NCBI GenBank assembly: GCA_009103225.1
Contig: RHPI01003762.1
Span: 151,586 to 215,585, forward strand
Source of the DNA: Chlorokybus atmophyticus
Taxonomy: Eukaryota; Plantae; Mesostigma and Chlorokybus algae
DNA length: 64,000 bases
Direction of reading: 5' to 3'
Shown here one piece after another: positions 1 to 11,836 of this stretch. Each line of letters starts with the position of its first letter. The stretch's first letter is position 1. A program made the translations under genes and the position numbers. The notes beneath the pieces were generated by a model. The model was not told the origin of the DNA, did not search any database, and was given only the letters and a program-made list of their open reading frames with translations.

Positions 1-392
1 CGCCAAAAACGCGGCCGTTTTACCTACTAACTGTGCTGCAGCTGCACCGAGTCCCTAGCGATTTTGGGTCGCCGTTAGTCAGCAGTTAGCGGTGAGATAG
101 TTTTCAACATCTTTTAAGCATCTTTGCAATGATTGGTCATTTCACTGCCTTTTTCAGCAACGGCTGTTGTCACCGTTGCGATCCCATTTGATCAATCTCA
201 TGTGTGACCAAATGGTGGCCTAACGATGCGATTTTTCGTTTAATTGAATCTTAACATTAAGGTAATTCAGGTTAGCATTGTTTTGTTTATTGTAACCTCG
301 GCATTACCTACTGAGTATCGCAGCACGTACCTTGGCGTGAACGTTACATTAAATATTAAATTTTGAAACACTTAACTGCAGGTTGCTAACCA

Positions 393-460
393 AATTGCAC
401 CATATTGCACCATATTGCAGCATATGTATTCAAATCGCAACATATGTTCCTCATATTGCA
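393..460. repeat. Short CATATTGCA motif cluster
   Basis: catattgcac/catattgcag in tandem at 401-420, related aaattgcac at 392-400, another catattgca at 452-460. Confidence 0.6.
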
Positions 461-1395
461 ACACATGAGAGATATTGTTTTGCCACCTAAGATAAGTGTG
501 TTATATCTCAAATCATATGGGCCATATGCAACAATATGCCGGCATGAACATCGTGCACGTTGTGCTCATTATTGATATTTATTCGCATATATTTTGAGCA
601 GTTGCATGAAGTGGGGATGTGCTATGGACGGCCGAGATCTATATTTAACAGATCGAACGGCTGATAGTTGATAAACGCCGCTTAGCCAATGAGCGGCATG
701 CGGGCCGCGCAGCCCGGCAGTCGCGGGTGCCGCATGTGTTGCCCTCGGGATGAGGTTTGCGTGTGCCCTAATGCCGGCCGCCCCGCCCAATCAGCCGCAC
801 CGCTTGTTAACTATCGAACAGACACGATCTGTTCATGCAACGGCCCGTTGACGCATTTAGTTGTGTATTTCATGCGATTACTACCGTAGTCGTATTGGTA
901 GCCAACTATTGAGATTACAGATTGGCGCGCAAGTTGTCCAATTTGTAATACCGGTTTTTATCTCTTGTAACACCGGTGTACGCGGCACACTCTCTTAACG
1001 CGTGGGTACATGTACACTACCCAATGTTATTGTACTACTTTGCACACGATAAGCGATTTACATTCTTTTGTCACAAACAACAATCCTACCCACAGTTCAA
1101 CTTTTGCAAGAACACTTAAGCCCTGTGATGCAATGCATTGATTGTCATAACTATAAATCACACGATGAACAATTATTATTGCATAATTCATTCTACCTCA
1201 CCCTTCCAAGTTATATTAGTAGGAAAGAGTTGATGTAAAGCCTGGTGTACTTTATTGCTAGAGTTGCAAATTAAGATGGTTGTGTTACGATGCCTGTCAA
1301 TTGTTAATCCCTGTACTGATGGACTTTGCACGACGCCTGCAACACACTGCGGATGCTCGCTTCGCAGGCGCGACAATACGTCCTCAATAAGTAAA

Positions 1396-1627
1396 TATTT
1401 GTAATCTGCAAGCGGCGGTAGCGCTGTTGAAAGTGGAGCGCATCGGCCGTAAAGCTGTATCAAATGATACCCGTAGTCAATGTGATCGCGTCTGGCAACA
1501 GTTTAAGTAACTATTTGTAATCTGCAAGCGGCGGTAGCGCTGTTTTTTTTTGAAAGTGGAGCGCATCGGCCGTAAAGCTGTATCAAATGATACCCGTAGT
1601 CAATGTGATCGCGTCTGGCAACAGTTT
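1396..1627. repeat. ~110-bp tandem duplication
   Basis: 1396-1504 repeated at 1512-1627; second copy has an expanded T run. Confidence 0.9.
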
Positions 1628-2081
1628 GCCAATTATCTGCAACAACCTGAGCTCAACATTGCTGTTGCCAACGTCACCCAGCTGTTGTCACAAGCTACCT
1701 TGCTGGGCAATAGACCGCCACACGTATAGGCAAAGCTCGTAGGTTCGACCGCCATAGCCATCGCATAATCGCCGGCACTACTTGGGACAATAAGATCTCA
1801 CATCTGACATGCTCGTTGAGACTGCTAAGATACATCAGCCGTTGGAACAAGGACATGTCAACAGGGAACCTGCTTCTATCCATTGATGTGCGCAAGCTTC
1901 GCCAAGGGGACGCCAAGGGGACGCCAAGGGTATGCCAAGATTGACGCTCGGCAAGGCGTGCAACCTATTTCTGCTATGCCATTGGCAATGGAGGACATGC
2001 GCACGTTAATCCACTTTCAGCAGCAGCTGTCTACCATACCTAAGGCACCGACAGTCACACATGATAAGGCTGTACTCTAGC

Positions 2082-2628
2082 TGTAGGGAAGGTATATTAT
2101 ATAACCACAAATCGACCGTAAAAGCAAGTCTTTTATGGTCAAGTGGGCTGTGACATTGGGCATCGGAGCTTGAGACCCGGGTTCAATTCCTGCCTTGCAC
2201 ACGAATTTCACGATCGTTGTTTCTCATCCCAGTAACACCGTAAATGGTCACTTCATAAGTGCCATCATTGATAGGGCGCGACTTGCCTAATGGCAGTCGC
2301 GTCGGACTCACCAGTGCAATCGGCGCGGCAAGACGCGACCTGCCTGTCGCGATGCGACCTGTGGGGCCGTCAGCGGCGCGCTATGCGCGCGTTGACCGGT
2401 ATAGGCCTAATTTAGCCGATCCTTGCCGTTGGGGCCGGTGGCCGACTCTAGCAAACCCCTGGGGTGGTTCCCCAGCTAATGGGAGCCAGCTGCCGAGGAC
2501 GTCAGCGTTTGTAAGTTGGGGGGAATGTAACGGGAAGGTACATTATATAACCACAAATCGACCATAAAAGCACCAACTTGGTGCTTTTATGATCATGAAA
2601 GACTTTTATGGTCGAGTGGGCTTTGACA
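2082..2628 (+). mobile_element. TRIM (miniature non-coding LTR retroelement), copy 1
   Basis: LTRs 2082-2155 and 2526-2628 (TGTA...GACA); PBS-like ttgggcatcggagc after the 5' LTR; PPT gttggggggaa before the 3' LTR; 5-bp TSD CTAGC at 2077-2081 and 2629-2633. Confidence 0.9.
2136..2190 (+). promoter_or_regulatory. tRNA-type (type 2) RNA Pol III promoter, A and B boxes
   Basis: A box TGGTCAAGTGG 2136-2146 and B box GGTTCAATTCC 2180-2190, 33 nt apart as in tRNA genes; same arrangement in copy 2. Confidence 0.7.
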
Positions 2629-2736
2629 CTAGCGAAACTACACATTGTGCATATATATGTGGTGCACATGGCAACGGAGTGGTGAAGGTGCACGTTTACA
2701 AATGTACGAGATACAAGCAGCAGCTTTTGGGCTGGC

Positions 2737-3263
2737 TGTAACAGCACCACCGTCGCCGGTGATGCCCCTTCAATCCACTACCCCAACACCCACACCGCCT
2801 ATGACAAGCCTTTGAATGGCGTAGCCGCCACTGAGCAGAGAACTGAAAGTCCCTCACATCAGTTTGATGTGACCTTTTATATCAAGAGTAGATCAAATAT
2901 ATACCTCTAGATAATTAACTCGCCACTATACATCGACCCTACAGATAGGGTAGTTAGGAAATTTAGTGTGAGCCAATCACAGCTCAGATAAGGTACCTAT
3001 CCATAAGGTACCTATCGAAAGACACCTATCGCAATGTACCTAACGAGATAGTGACCACATTTTATCAAATGTGACACTAAATAGGCTTGAATAAGCGAAT
3101 CTACACCTTTTGGGACTTCTTAGAGCTATGATAAAGCATTATAGCCTTTAATAAGCGAGGAACCGTAGAAAAAAGGTATAAATAAGCATATTTAGATACT
3201 TATTCATACAGAATGTGTTATTTAGGTAGCAATAATACCCCTATTATTATTGCTCCCGTTACA
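2737..3263 (-). repeat. 3' LTR of Gypsy-1
   Basis: Direct repeat of 9055-9581 with tens of substitutions; TGTAAC..GTTACA termini; internal aggtacctatc tandem motifs. Confidence 0.95.
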
Positions 3264-3469
3264 TTCCCCCCCACTTAGCTTTTCAACGTCCTCGTTGAAC
3301 TCAAGTTGATCAGGCTTGATTTCGAGTAATTGTAACCACTGAAATAGCAGGAAAGGACAGGGTGGTAATGAAACTGCACTGCCAGTCTGTCATAAAAGCA
3401 AGCCCACAGTTTATGGGACAGGACGTGAATCCCAATAAGCTCGAAGCAACTCGCGGCAGTGCGTAAGAT

Positions 3470-6400
3470 GCCTATCGGGCTCCCAACTGTTATGTTCTGG
3501 GCCATACCCTTTTCATTTCACTAAATACCGAGTTACGCGTCCTCAACTATTTAGCTTATGGTTCAATATAGCTTCCACCTCGTATTCGAGCTCGCTGTCC
3601 ACCTCAACTGGCGGTGGTGGAGGCTGTGTTCTACCGTCTGAGCGGTAAGGTTTCAACAAGTTCACATGGAACACGTTGTGTATTCGCACACTTGGGGGCA
3701 ATTGCAGTCTATAAGCGTGCGTACCAACTGTATCAGTGATAGCGAAAGGACCCAACCATCGGGGCAACAACTTGCGAGCACCCGTACCTTTGATGGTTAT
3801 GTTCTTTGCGTTAAGCAAAACTTTATCGCCGACATCGAAAGTGGCCATTCTTCGATGTGTATTAGCTTTTTGCCTGTCCTGTGCTTTTGACAGACACAGC
3901 TTGGCTCGAGCCAAAGTTTTTGCACATCAGTGGCAAATTCCTTTGCCGCTGGTACGGTCAGGGCATTGTGAGGTACACGCAATGACGCTGGTGTGTTCAG
4001 GCGAATCCCATAATTCAAGAAAAATGGGGTTTCCTTTACACTTTCCAGCCACGCGTTGTTCACAGCGAAGGTGCCATTGGCAAGTACCTGTCCCAATCAG
4101 CATTATTAGGAGCCACATAGTGGCGAAGCATTTCTTTCAGTATTTGATTTGCTCGGTCAGTTTGTCCGTCCGTTTGCGAGTGGAAAGCAGTCGACATGCT
4201 TTGTTTTACCCCAACAATACACTGACTTCTCTCCAAAACTTGGAGACAAACCGAGGATCGCAATCTGTGATAAGTTCACGCGGTACACCGTGAACTCGAA
4301 AGGCCGTGGACATAGATTAATGTGCCAAGTCCCGTGCACTCGCAGTTGTGCAACACGGGGCAAAATGCACCATTTTGGTTAAACGGTCGACAAAAACCAC
4401 AATAGCAGTGTATTTGGCTGCTGTTTCAGGTAGGTCAGTCATTAGATCCATACTGACACTATCCCATATTTGTTCTGGAAATGCCAATGGTTTAAGCAAT
4501 CCCGCTTGTTTTTGTTGTAGTGGCTTATTACGTTGACACACGTCACATGTGCGAACATATTGATCCACATCAGCTGACATTGACGGCCACCAGTATAACT
4601 GTTGCACAGCTTTAAGTGCTTTGTTTTCCCCAATGCCCAGCATACGGCGGATCATGCACTGAATGTAAGCATTGCTTACGCAAGTCGCCCGAGTTGGGAA
4701 TTGCCAACTGCTCCCCTTTATACCACAGATTGCTAACAGCAGTAAGCTGTTGCAAGTTGGTTTGACTGCTAAACCAATCATCTGAGTTATAACCTGTGGA
4801 CACTTTCTTTAAGAAAGGATCTTCAGGCTGTTGTACATTACGTACTTCGAGAGCGCGTAAGTGGCAAAAGAGCAGGGCTACGACTTAGTGGATCCGCCAC
4901 ATTGGTGCGACCCAGACGGTATTGCCAAGTGAAAGTGAAACGAGAAATAAATTTATTCCACCTAGCTTGCCGCCTCGACAGATTTTGTTGCGCTTGAAAG
5001 AATGTGAGCGGGTTGTGATCAGTAATCACTGAAACTCCACACCTTCCAAGTAGCAACGCCATGTGCGCAGGGCGTGCAGCACCCCGAGCAATTCCTGCTC
5101 AGTGGTTGTGTAATTACGTTCAGCAGGAATGAACTTTCTGCTTTCATATGCACATGGTCTGTCATACTGTAGAAGGACTGCCCCACACCCAATGGTGGAA
5201 GCATCACTGATTACCACAGAAGGCTTGGTGTGGTCGGGGGAGGCTAACACAGGGGCTTGTGTTAATGCATCTTTAATGCGTGTAAAAGCAACCTCGTGTG
5301 CCTCCGTCCACACAAATTTAACATCTTTTCTCAGTAAAGATGTTAAAGGATTTGCCATGCTAGAATATGCTCGCACGAACTTGCAAAAATAATTGGCTAG
5401 CCCCAAGAAAGCACGTAACTGATGTACATCCTTGGGTGGTGGCCAATCCTTCACCGCACACACCTTTTGAGGATCTGGTTTCAATCCTTCTTTGCCAATC
5501 ACATGCCATAAAAAGGGTAGTTCATCCTTGCAAAGTTGCATTTGGACAGGTTAGCATAGAATTTGTGTTCGCGTAACTTAGCTAAAACCAATTCCACATG
5601 CATGTGATGGTCCTCCCGGGTTTTGCTGAACACAATAACGTCTAGGTATACCAGTACAAACTTGTATAATTCATTAGCAAATACCGCGTTCGTTGTTGAC
5701 TGAAATGTAGCCGGTGCATTTGTTAACCCAAATGGTAACAACACTTTATACTCAAAGTGTCCCAGTGGGGTGCGAAATGCAGTGTTTTTTTATATCCGAC
5801 GGGTGGATTTTAGTTTGATGATAACCATTGGTCACATCCAGTGTGCTAAACACTGTTGCACCTGACAGCTTATCAAACAAATCATCAATCCGAGGCAAAG
5901 GGTATCTGTTTTTCATTGTTATCTTATTCAACGCACGGTAATCAATACACATGCGTAGCTTGCCAATCTTTTTAGGCACATACAAAATTGGTGCACAAAA
6001 AGGAGATATGCTCTTTGTTATTAAACCTTTGTCCAATAACTCTTTGAGCTGTTTTTCCTTTTCCACGTGTTCTAAGGGACTTAGCCTATAGATAGGCCGC
6101 CAAGGTGGCTTTGCCCCCTCTTCCAACGGAATGGTATGATGTATGTTTCTATCAGGAGGCAACTCCGGGAGTTCATCCTGAAATACATCTGCGTATTGTT
6201 CCGTAAGTGATTGCACCACAGGGCCAGATACGGCCTGTTCAATAGGTGTCTCTTCCTGTCGTATGTGCATCAAATATACTTCCGCACGTTTGCGCATGCA
6301 ACGTTTCATTTGCATAGCATAGAGGAGCGGAACATTGTCGCGAGCAACACGTGCGAGTACAAGTGCGATTAACGTCACCTTACGTTTACCCTTACGAAGG

Positions 6401-6861
6401 GTGCACGTATTTGCTCGAGAGTCCAATTGCAAACCTGCTTCGGTGTGCCACTGTTCACTCAAAACAACATCCACCCCGGGGATACCTGTATCCACCACAA
6501 TAAAAGTTGGTCGAGTCCTGTGGCTGTAAATCAAAAAACGCCCCTTCACCTCCCCAATTGCATTAAGGGTGGAATCAGCAGCACGCACATACAACGTGAC
6601 TGGTGTGAAAGGTTTGTTATTACGTTTCACCCAAGCATGTTCAACAAAGTTATGGTTTGCACCAGTATCAATCAATGCTGTACATGGTGTACCCATAAGT
6701 TGACTCTCAAATCTCCATTTGAGTGGCACTGAGTGACCATCAAATGTAGCTAATGTCGGAGTGCCGTGATTGGTAGCAGGCTTGATAAAGATCACTTGCA
6801 ACGGTGAAGCTCCTGTATCCTTGCGTGAGAGTTGCATAATTAGTTCTCCCCCTTTCAACAA
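3470..6861 (-). pseudogene. pol: Gypsy-1 pol (protease, RT, RNase H, integrase, chromodomain) with frameshifts and stops
   Basis: [11 protein letters not shown] (protease); [38 protein letters not shown] (RT); SDASTIGCGAVL, EQELL (RNase H); HDPPYAGHWG..CDVC, VSMDLMTDLP, QTDGQTDRAN (integrase); EYEVEAIL..YLVK*KGYGPEHNSWEP (chromodomain, ~3470-3590). Confidence 0.92.
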
Positions 6862-7103
6862 TCGCGACCATGGGCCATAATGTCGAGGGATAATTACTCA
6901 TGCAGTGACAGCATGTTGTAATTGCAACTCGTGTAAGTGCTTAACAGCAGCTACTAATTCAGAGAATGGAACATTGATTAAAACACAACCGTTTGCATTT
7001 GTAAACACAGGTGGTGTGCTCATATCAGTCAATACATCTGATACATCACAAAGAGAGGAAACTTTATCAAGAAGTACAGAGTTTTTAAAGTCGTTCTGCT
7101 CGA

Positions 7104-8192
7104 CTAAGCTACCAACCACGGACAATTTCTATTTCTTGTCCCTCTGCTGCTTGGCCATCTTTGGTGGATTTGGCCGCGTTGCATTTTTGCGTGAGAGCGC
7201 TTCATACTGTCCACAGCAGCAACCATCTGCATCAACATTGGTAAAACCATCGAGGCCCACTCTTGCAAACTCGCGGGGTTGACGGCCACATGCTGCACGA
7301 GATCTGTGTCCAAGCCACGCCTGAACATATCCAGCTGATCAGCATCACTGATGGGTAGTTTGCCAGCATTGATCTTGCTGACAAACGACTGAAAATCCTG
7401 GGTATACTGCTAAACCGGACGCCCGTTTTGACGCAGGTTGTGCAGCTGGTTGCGAGCAACCTGGGCAGGATCTGCGCCACCATAGCGCTGCTGCATTAAA
7501 GAGCACAAATGATTCACTTCCCGCCCGAGGTTCGTATCCATTTGCTTACGGCGGTACCACTCTGCCAGAGCTTCGTTTGCGATCAGCAACTCAGCTACAC
7601 GCAACTTCCCCTCCTCAGAAATGTGAAGGGAGTTGACATAGTGTTTCAGCTTTACGAGCCAGTCGAAAATTGCCGCTTGTTTGTTGGGAACAAACCCGGC
7701 AGGTCGAGCAAGCGCCTATATAGGTGGACCACTATCAGAGCGTTGAAGGCGCTCGATCATGTTCAGAACACGTTTTTCTTCACCCGTCGATCCCTCCCAA
7801 TCTTGCCCCATAAAGGTGGTGAGCTTTAAGATCTTTTCCGCCACATGAAAGAGGAAGTTGATGAGCGAGACAATTGCCTCATCAGGCTCCTCATCATAGG
7901 TGCCAAGAAAGTGGTCCATCAACTCCTGTTTTGTGAAGCGAATGGAGATTTCATGCTGCACAAATGATGGTGGTGGTGGTGGCCCTTCTGGTTCCACCAA
8001 GCCATCCACATCTTTAGCAGCATGAGACTCATCAGGTGCATCATCCGGGTTGGAAATATCCTCCATGGATGGAAATTCCTCCTCATGGGATAATTGCTCT
8101 TTTTTGCGAGCTTTCCCCCTTTGAGGTGGGCACCGAGTTCTCTTCCATTTGTTTGCAAAACAGGCAAAATGGAATGGTGAGAACCTCACCAA
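7104..8192 (-). pseudogene. gag: Gypsy-1 gag, fragmented
   Basis: ORF pieces 7716-8192, 7410-7604 and 7104-7328 between PBS and protease; ARNQLHNLRQNGRPV resembles the Retrotrans_gag core. Confidence 0.6.
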
Positions 8193-9054
8193 TGGACCAG
8201 GTTCAACGAGAAGACCAAAATGACCCCAAGTTAAAAAAGTCCCAAACAGAGTCCAAACCAGTCTTCAAACAGGAAAGGTTGGATCTGGAGTGTCACCAAA
8301 CAGAACACGTTTGAATGGGACCAGAATGTCCTAACCCTGTGTTGTCCTCAACCAAGTCCCAATCTCCAGGCCGAAGCAAGAGGGGAAGGGTTTCAGACTA
8401 ACAGTGTTTGGGAGCAGAATGTCCTAGAACTTCCCCAAAACTGTCCTTACCAAGTCCCAATCTCCAGGCCGACGCTAGAGGGGGAGGGTTTGAGAATAGT
8501 TTGGTTCGGAACTTGCGGACCCGGGTCAAGCGACCTGGAAAAGCAGCTGGCAGGTCACAGGTACGTCACAGGCATGCAACAGGCAAGCCGTACAGTGACC
8601 AACTGTGACATGCACTGGCAAGCACAATGACATGCAATCACCGCATACAATGATAGGCAATCACTGCAAAAAAAGTGCACAAAGAGTGACAAGCAGTGAT
8701 GGCACACTAGCAAGCCGCAATTACCGCATGCAATGACAGGCAATCAATGCAAGCAATAATAGTGCCCTGGCAAGTCACTGTGTGATGTGCATGAACGTAC
8801 ACACGTGCACCTGGCAAGCACCTGGCAAGCAGCTGGCAAGCAGGCAAGTCACCGACGTGTGTGATGGTACCTCACACGTGGAGAGGCCGCCTCTTTGATG
8901 GGTGGCTTCAACGTGGAGGTAGCGCAGGGAAGCGAACTTGAAGCTTGGGCTGCGTAGATGAATAAGAGGCCGCCGCCGACGCCTTTTGATTGGTCGAAAG
9001 CAGGTCGCCGCCCCCTATAAGTACCCACGTCACCCCCCAACTCTTGGATACCAA

Positions 9055-9581
9055 TGTAACAGCACCACCGTCGCCGGTGATGCCCCTTCAATCCTCTACC
9101 CCAACACCCACACCGCCTATGACAAGCCTTTGAACGGCGTGGCCGCCACTGAGCAAAGAACTAAAAGTCCCTCACATCAATTTGATGTGACCTTTTATAT
9201 CAAGAGTATATTACATATATACCTCTCGATAATTAACTTACAACTAGACATCGACCCTACAGATAGGGTAGTTAGGAAATCTAGCGTGGGCCAATCACAG
9301 CTCAGATAAGGTACCTATCGATAAGGTACCTATCGAAAGACACCTATCGTAAGGTACCTAACGAGATAGTGACCACATTATATCAAATGTGACATTAGAT
9401 AGGCTTGAATAAGCGGTTTCACACTCATAGGGACTTATTTGAGCTATGATAAAGCATCATAGCCTTTAATAAGCGAAGAACCGTAGAAAAAAGGTATAAA
9501 TAAGCATATTTAGGTACTTATTTATACAGAATGTGTTATTTAGGTAGCAATAATACCCCTATTATTATTGCTTCCGTTACA
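9055..9581 (-). repeat. 5' LTR of Gypsy-1
   Basis: Direct repeat of 2737-3263; followed on the - strand by ttggtatccaagag. Confidence 0.95.
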
Positions 9582-9642
9582 CTGGCGGCCACTATAACAC
9601 ATCTCAGGGAACCACAGCCCCAGAGGTGCACCAATTATACAA

Positions 9643-10044
9643 GTGCGCAGCAGTGGTCTGCATGTTGAGTTCTCTGAAGTGCTCTATGCCTACTTGACTT
9701 ATTGTCATGGTAGCCCCTTCGCCATTATTTTTGGTCTTCTATTCCAGCCTAATGCCAAACACATATTGACTTGGGAAGAATATAGCTTGCCCGACAATTG
9801 TGCCTATCATGCTTTTGTGCATTGTTGCAAGGCATGTGGCATCTATGGATCGCACCTGGGGTTGCACTCCTTTAGGCGTGGTGCAGCTCAGAGCGCCTTC
9901 CACTGCGGTGTTACTCTGGAAGAAATACAAGTTCAAAGCACTTGGAGTTCTAGTAAGTTCTATTATCATGTATCGCTATATACACGAGAGGTACCCTTAC
10001 CCAATGCACAAAAGCACAAATGTAGGGATAGCATCCACGATTGA
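9643..10044 (+). pseudogene. Tyrosine recombinase C-terminal remnant (DIRS-type)
   Basis: LHSFRRGAAQSAFHCGVTLEEIQVQSTWSS..Y matches the H-x-x-R..W..Y box II of YR retroelements. Confidence 0.75.
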
Positions 10045-10237
10045 TGCTGTTTTCGGGTACTCGCGCACCACGTTCAAACCATTCGGGCCGTGGACCCAAT
10101 TTTTGAAATTAAATGAACTGTCAATTGCGGAACACTGGCCACCACACAGCAAAATGCCATTCAGGAACCAACATTACAGCTGGCAGCTGATAATGTAACA
10201 CCGTGGCTTCATGCAGGAGAGCCAGTGGCGGATGACA

Positions 10238-10532
10238 CTAAACAAATCCGCCTCTCAAGCATTCAAGAGTGTCACGCCAGTTTATAGTTAATGCATTGCC
10301 CAAACTTCCAAGCATGTGTATGTAATTGAAATACGCAAGCGCTTTGCTGATCTGGTCAGCTGCAAAACAATCTAGTGTCGGATGTCGAACATGCTGCTTT
10401 ATATGCACAGTTGCATCTGCTGTTGGGGCCCAATCCCCTCTATCAATAAACTTGGATAACTCATCCGCATCTTGAAGCGCATCTCGCGGGCGCCACACAG
10501 GTTAGCGCAATATCACGCTCCCAACACAACGA
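10238..10532 (-). pseudogene. DIRS RNase H C-terminus plus Dam-like methyltransferase domain remnant
   Basis: CWERDIAL..WRPRD..DADELSK..DW..TLDCFA..N..GNALTINW is the RH-end/MT region typical of DIRS pol. Confidence 0.7.
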
Positions 10533-11219
10533 CGTCGCATTATTACACAATGACGATCCAGGGACTGAGGGACTGACGGGTACCTGACCCTGCCTGACCT
10601 AACGGATTGGTCCATGAAGGGACTTATAGGACGGCCGGTGCTACTACTCATCAACATATAATAACGGCCAGCGGTCGGCCGATAGCTACACGCGATTAAA
10701 ACCTGCCTGCGATGATTAAAACATGACGTCAACGCATCATTAAGTGACGGCCAATCGCTGGTTGTCTATTTTGCTCGATAGCGACCTATCTAGCATAACA
10801 GACTGCCACCTTGCAGTCATTTTTCGCGACGGTCGACCGCCAGTCGTATCATAATCATCTTACCGTATGCGCGGCGGCTTGCCTACTATGGCAAGCCAGT
10901 CACTGTCAATCCTCATTCCATGACCTGCCCGCTTGTCAATAAGTGACGGCAAAACACCGGTCGTCCGTTGGTGCGGTGGCGACCTACCGACTATGACAAT
11001 CAAGTGACCGCCCGTCATTTATTGACGGCGAGCAATGCGGAACAATGGTACATGCAACTATCGTACCATACAAATGGTACGAAAATCCCATTATTACAAT
11101 AGCACCATCGCACCATTTTCAGGGTACGATGGTGTCATTGTGACAACGTGTTTGAATCATTTGGGTTGCCCAAGGTTTAAATGCTCTATGGCTTCAAGCA
11201 AGTTGAACAGTTGAGTTGT

Positions 11220-11823
11220 TGTCAAACCTATCGCCCAAGCATGCCAGTCATCATCAGGCATGCCTACAGCGAGACCCTCGCCCCGCTTACCAGCATGGCA
11301 ACCCGCGCGCGTCTCTGACCAGTAGCTAGGTCATGTCTCGAGAGTAGCTCGTGACCATAGCCTACATAGGCACCGCGCGTAGCTGTTCAGTTGTGAGTTC
11401 AGTTATAAGTCAGGTCCTATATCGAGTGGGAATTTCCTGTGAAAATAGCCTCGATATGACCGTTAGCTTATGTTCTGGACAGTCATGAGTTGACTTGTAT
11501 AAGTAGGCACAGTGTTCACCGGATCAGCTGGTGACACTGTAAGTGAGAAAGCTAAGAGCTTGTGAAGCGACTTGAACTACGAAACACACCGTCCTGGTTC
11601 CCAAGAATCCCCTCATCGTGTGAGAGCCTGTGCATGTTCTTGTGCACTGCGCTTGTCCGTGCTGTGAGCTTTGTGTACTTGGTCACGATGTGCTTGTTGG
11701 CATCAGTCAGGGCATAGCATCCACGTGTTGCTTGTTCATTCACCTCACTTAACAGTGTAATTTCTCTTCCACTCACGCAAAGAACTGTGTAAACAGCACT
11801 ACCTATCGTAGTGGCTTGTTGAC
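11220..11823 (+). repeat. Repeat A1 (604 bp), copy 1
   Basis: Near-identical to 21439-22042 (roughly a dozen substitutions by eye). Confidence 0.95.
11498..11544 (+). promoter_or_regulatory. TATA-like box and predicted transcript start / self-primer
   Basis: TATAAG at 11498-11503; GGTGACACTGTAAGT starts 32 nt downstream and is the exact reverse complement of 11822-11836; same 32-nt spacing in copy 2. Confidence 0.65.
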
Positions 11824-11836
11824 TTACAGTGTCACC
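11822..11836 (+). other. Self-priming-type primer binding site
   Basis: ACTTACAGTGTCACC at the end of A1, no TGG tRNA PBS; conserved in copy 2 (38958-38972). Confidence 0.7.

Larger units (their letters stand above)
2737..9581 (-). mobile_element. Ty3/Gypsy chromovirus-type LTR retrotransposon, full-length but decayed (Gypsy-1)
   Basis: 527-bp LTRs 2737-3263 and 9055-9581; 5-bp TSD CTGGC at 2732-2736 and 9582-9586; PBS TGGTATCC and PPT GGGGGGGGAA on the - strand; gag-PR-RT-RH-IN-chromodomain order. Confidence 0.95.

Noticed and set aside
2128-2205. tRNA gene
   Set aside because: The A/B boxes and a T-arm are present, but I find no convincing acceptor stem or anticodon arm, and it lies inside a TSD-flanked TRIM
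8320-8830. ~90-bp duplication and GGCAAGCA repeats in the Gypsy-1 5' UTR
   Set aside because: Tandem repeats in LTR-element leaders are common and nothing further is supportable
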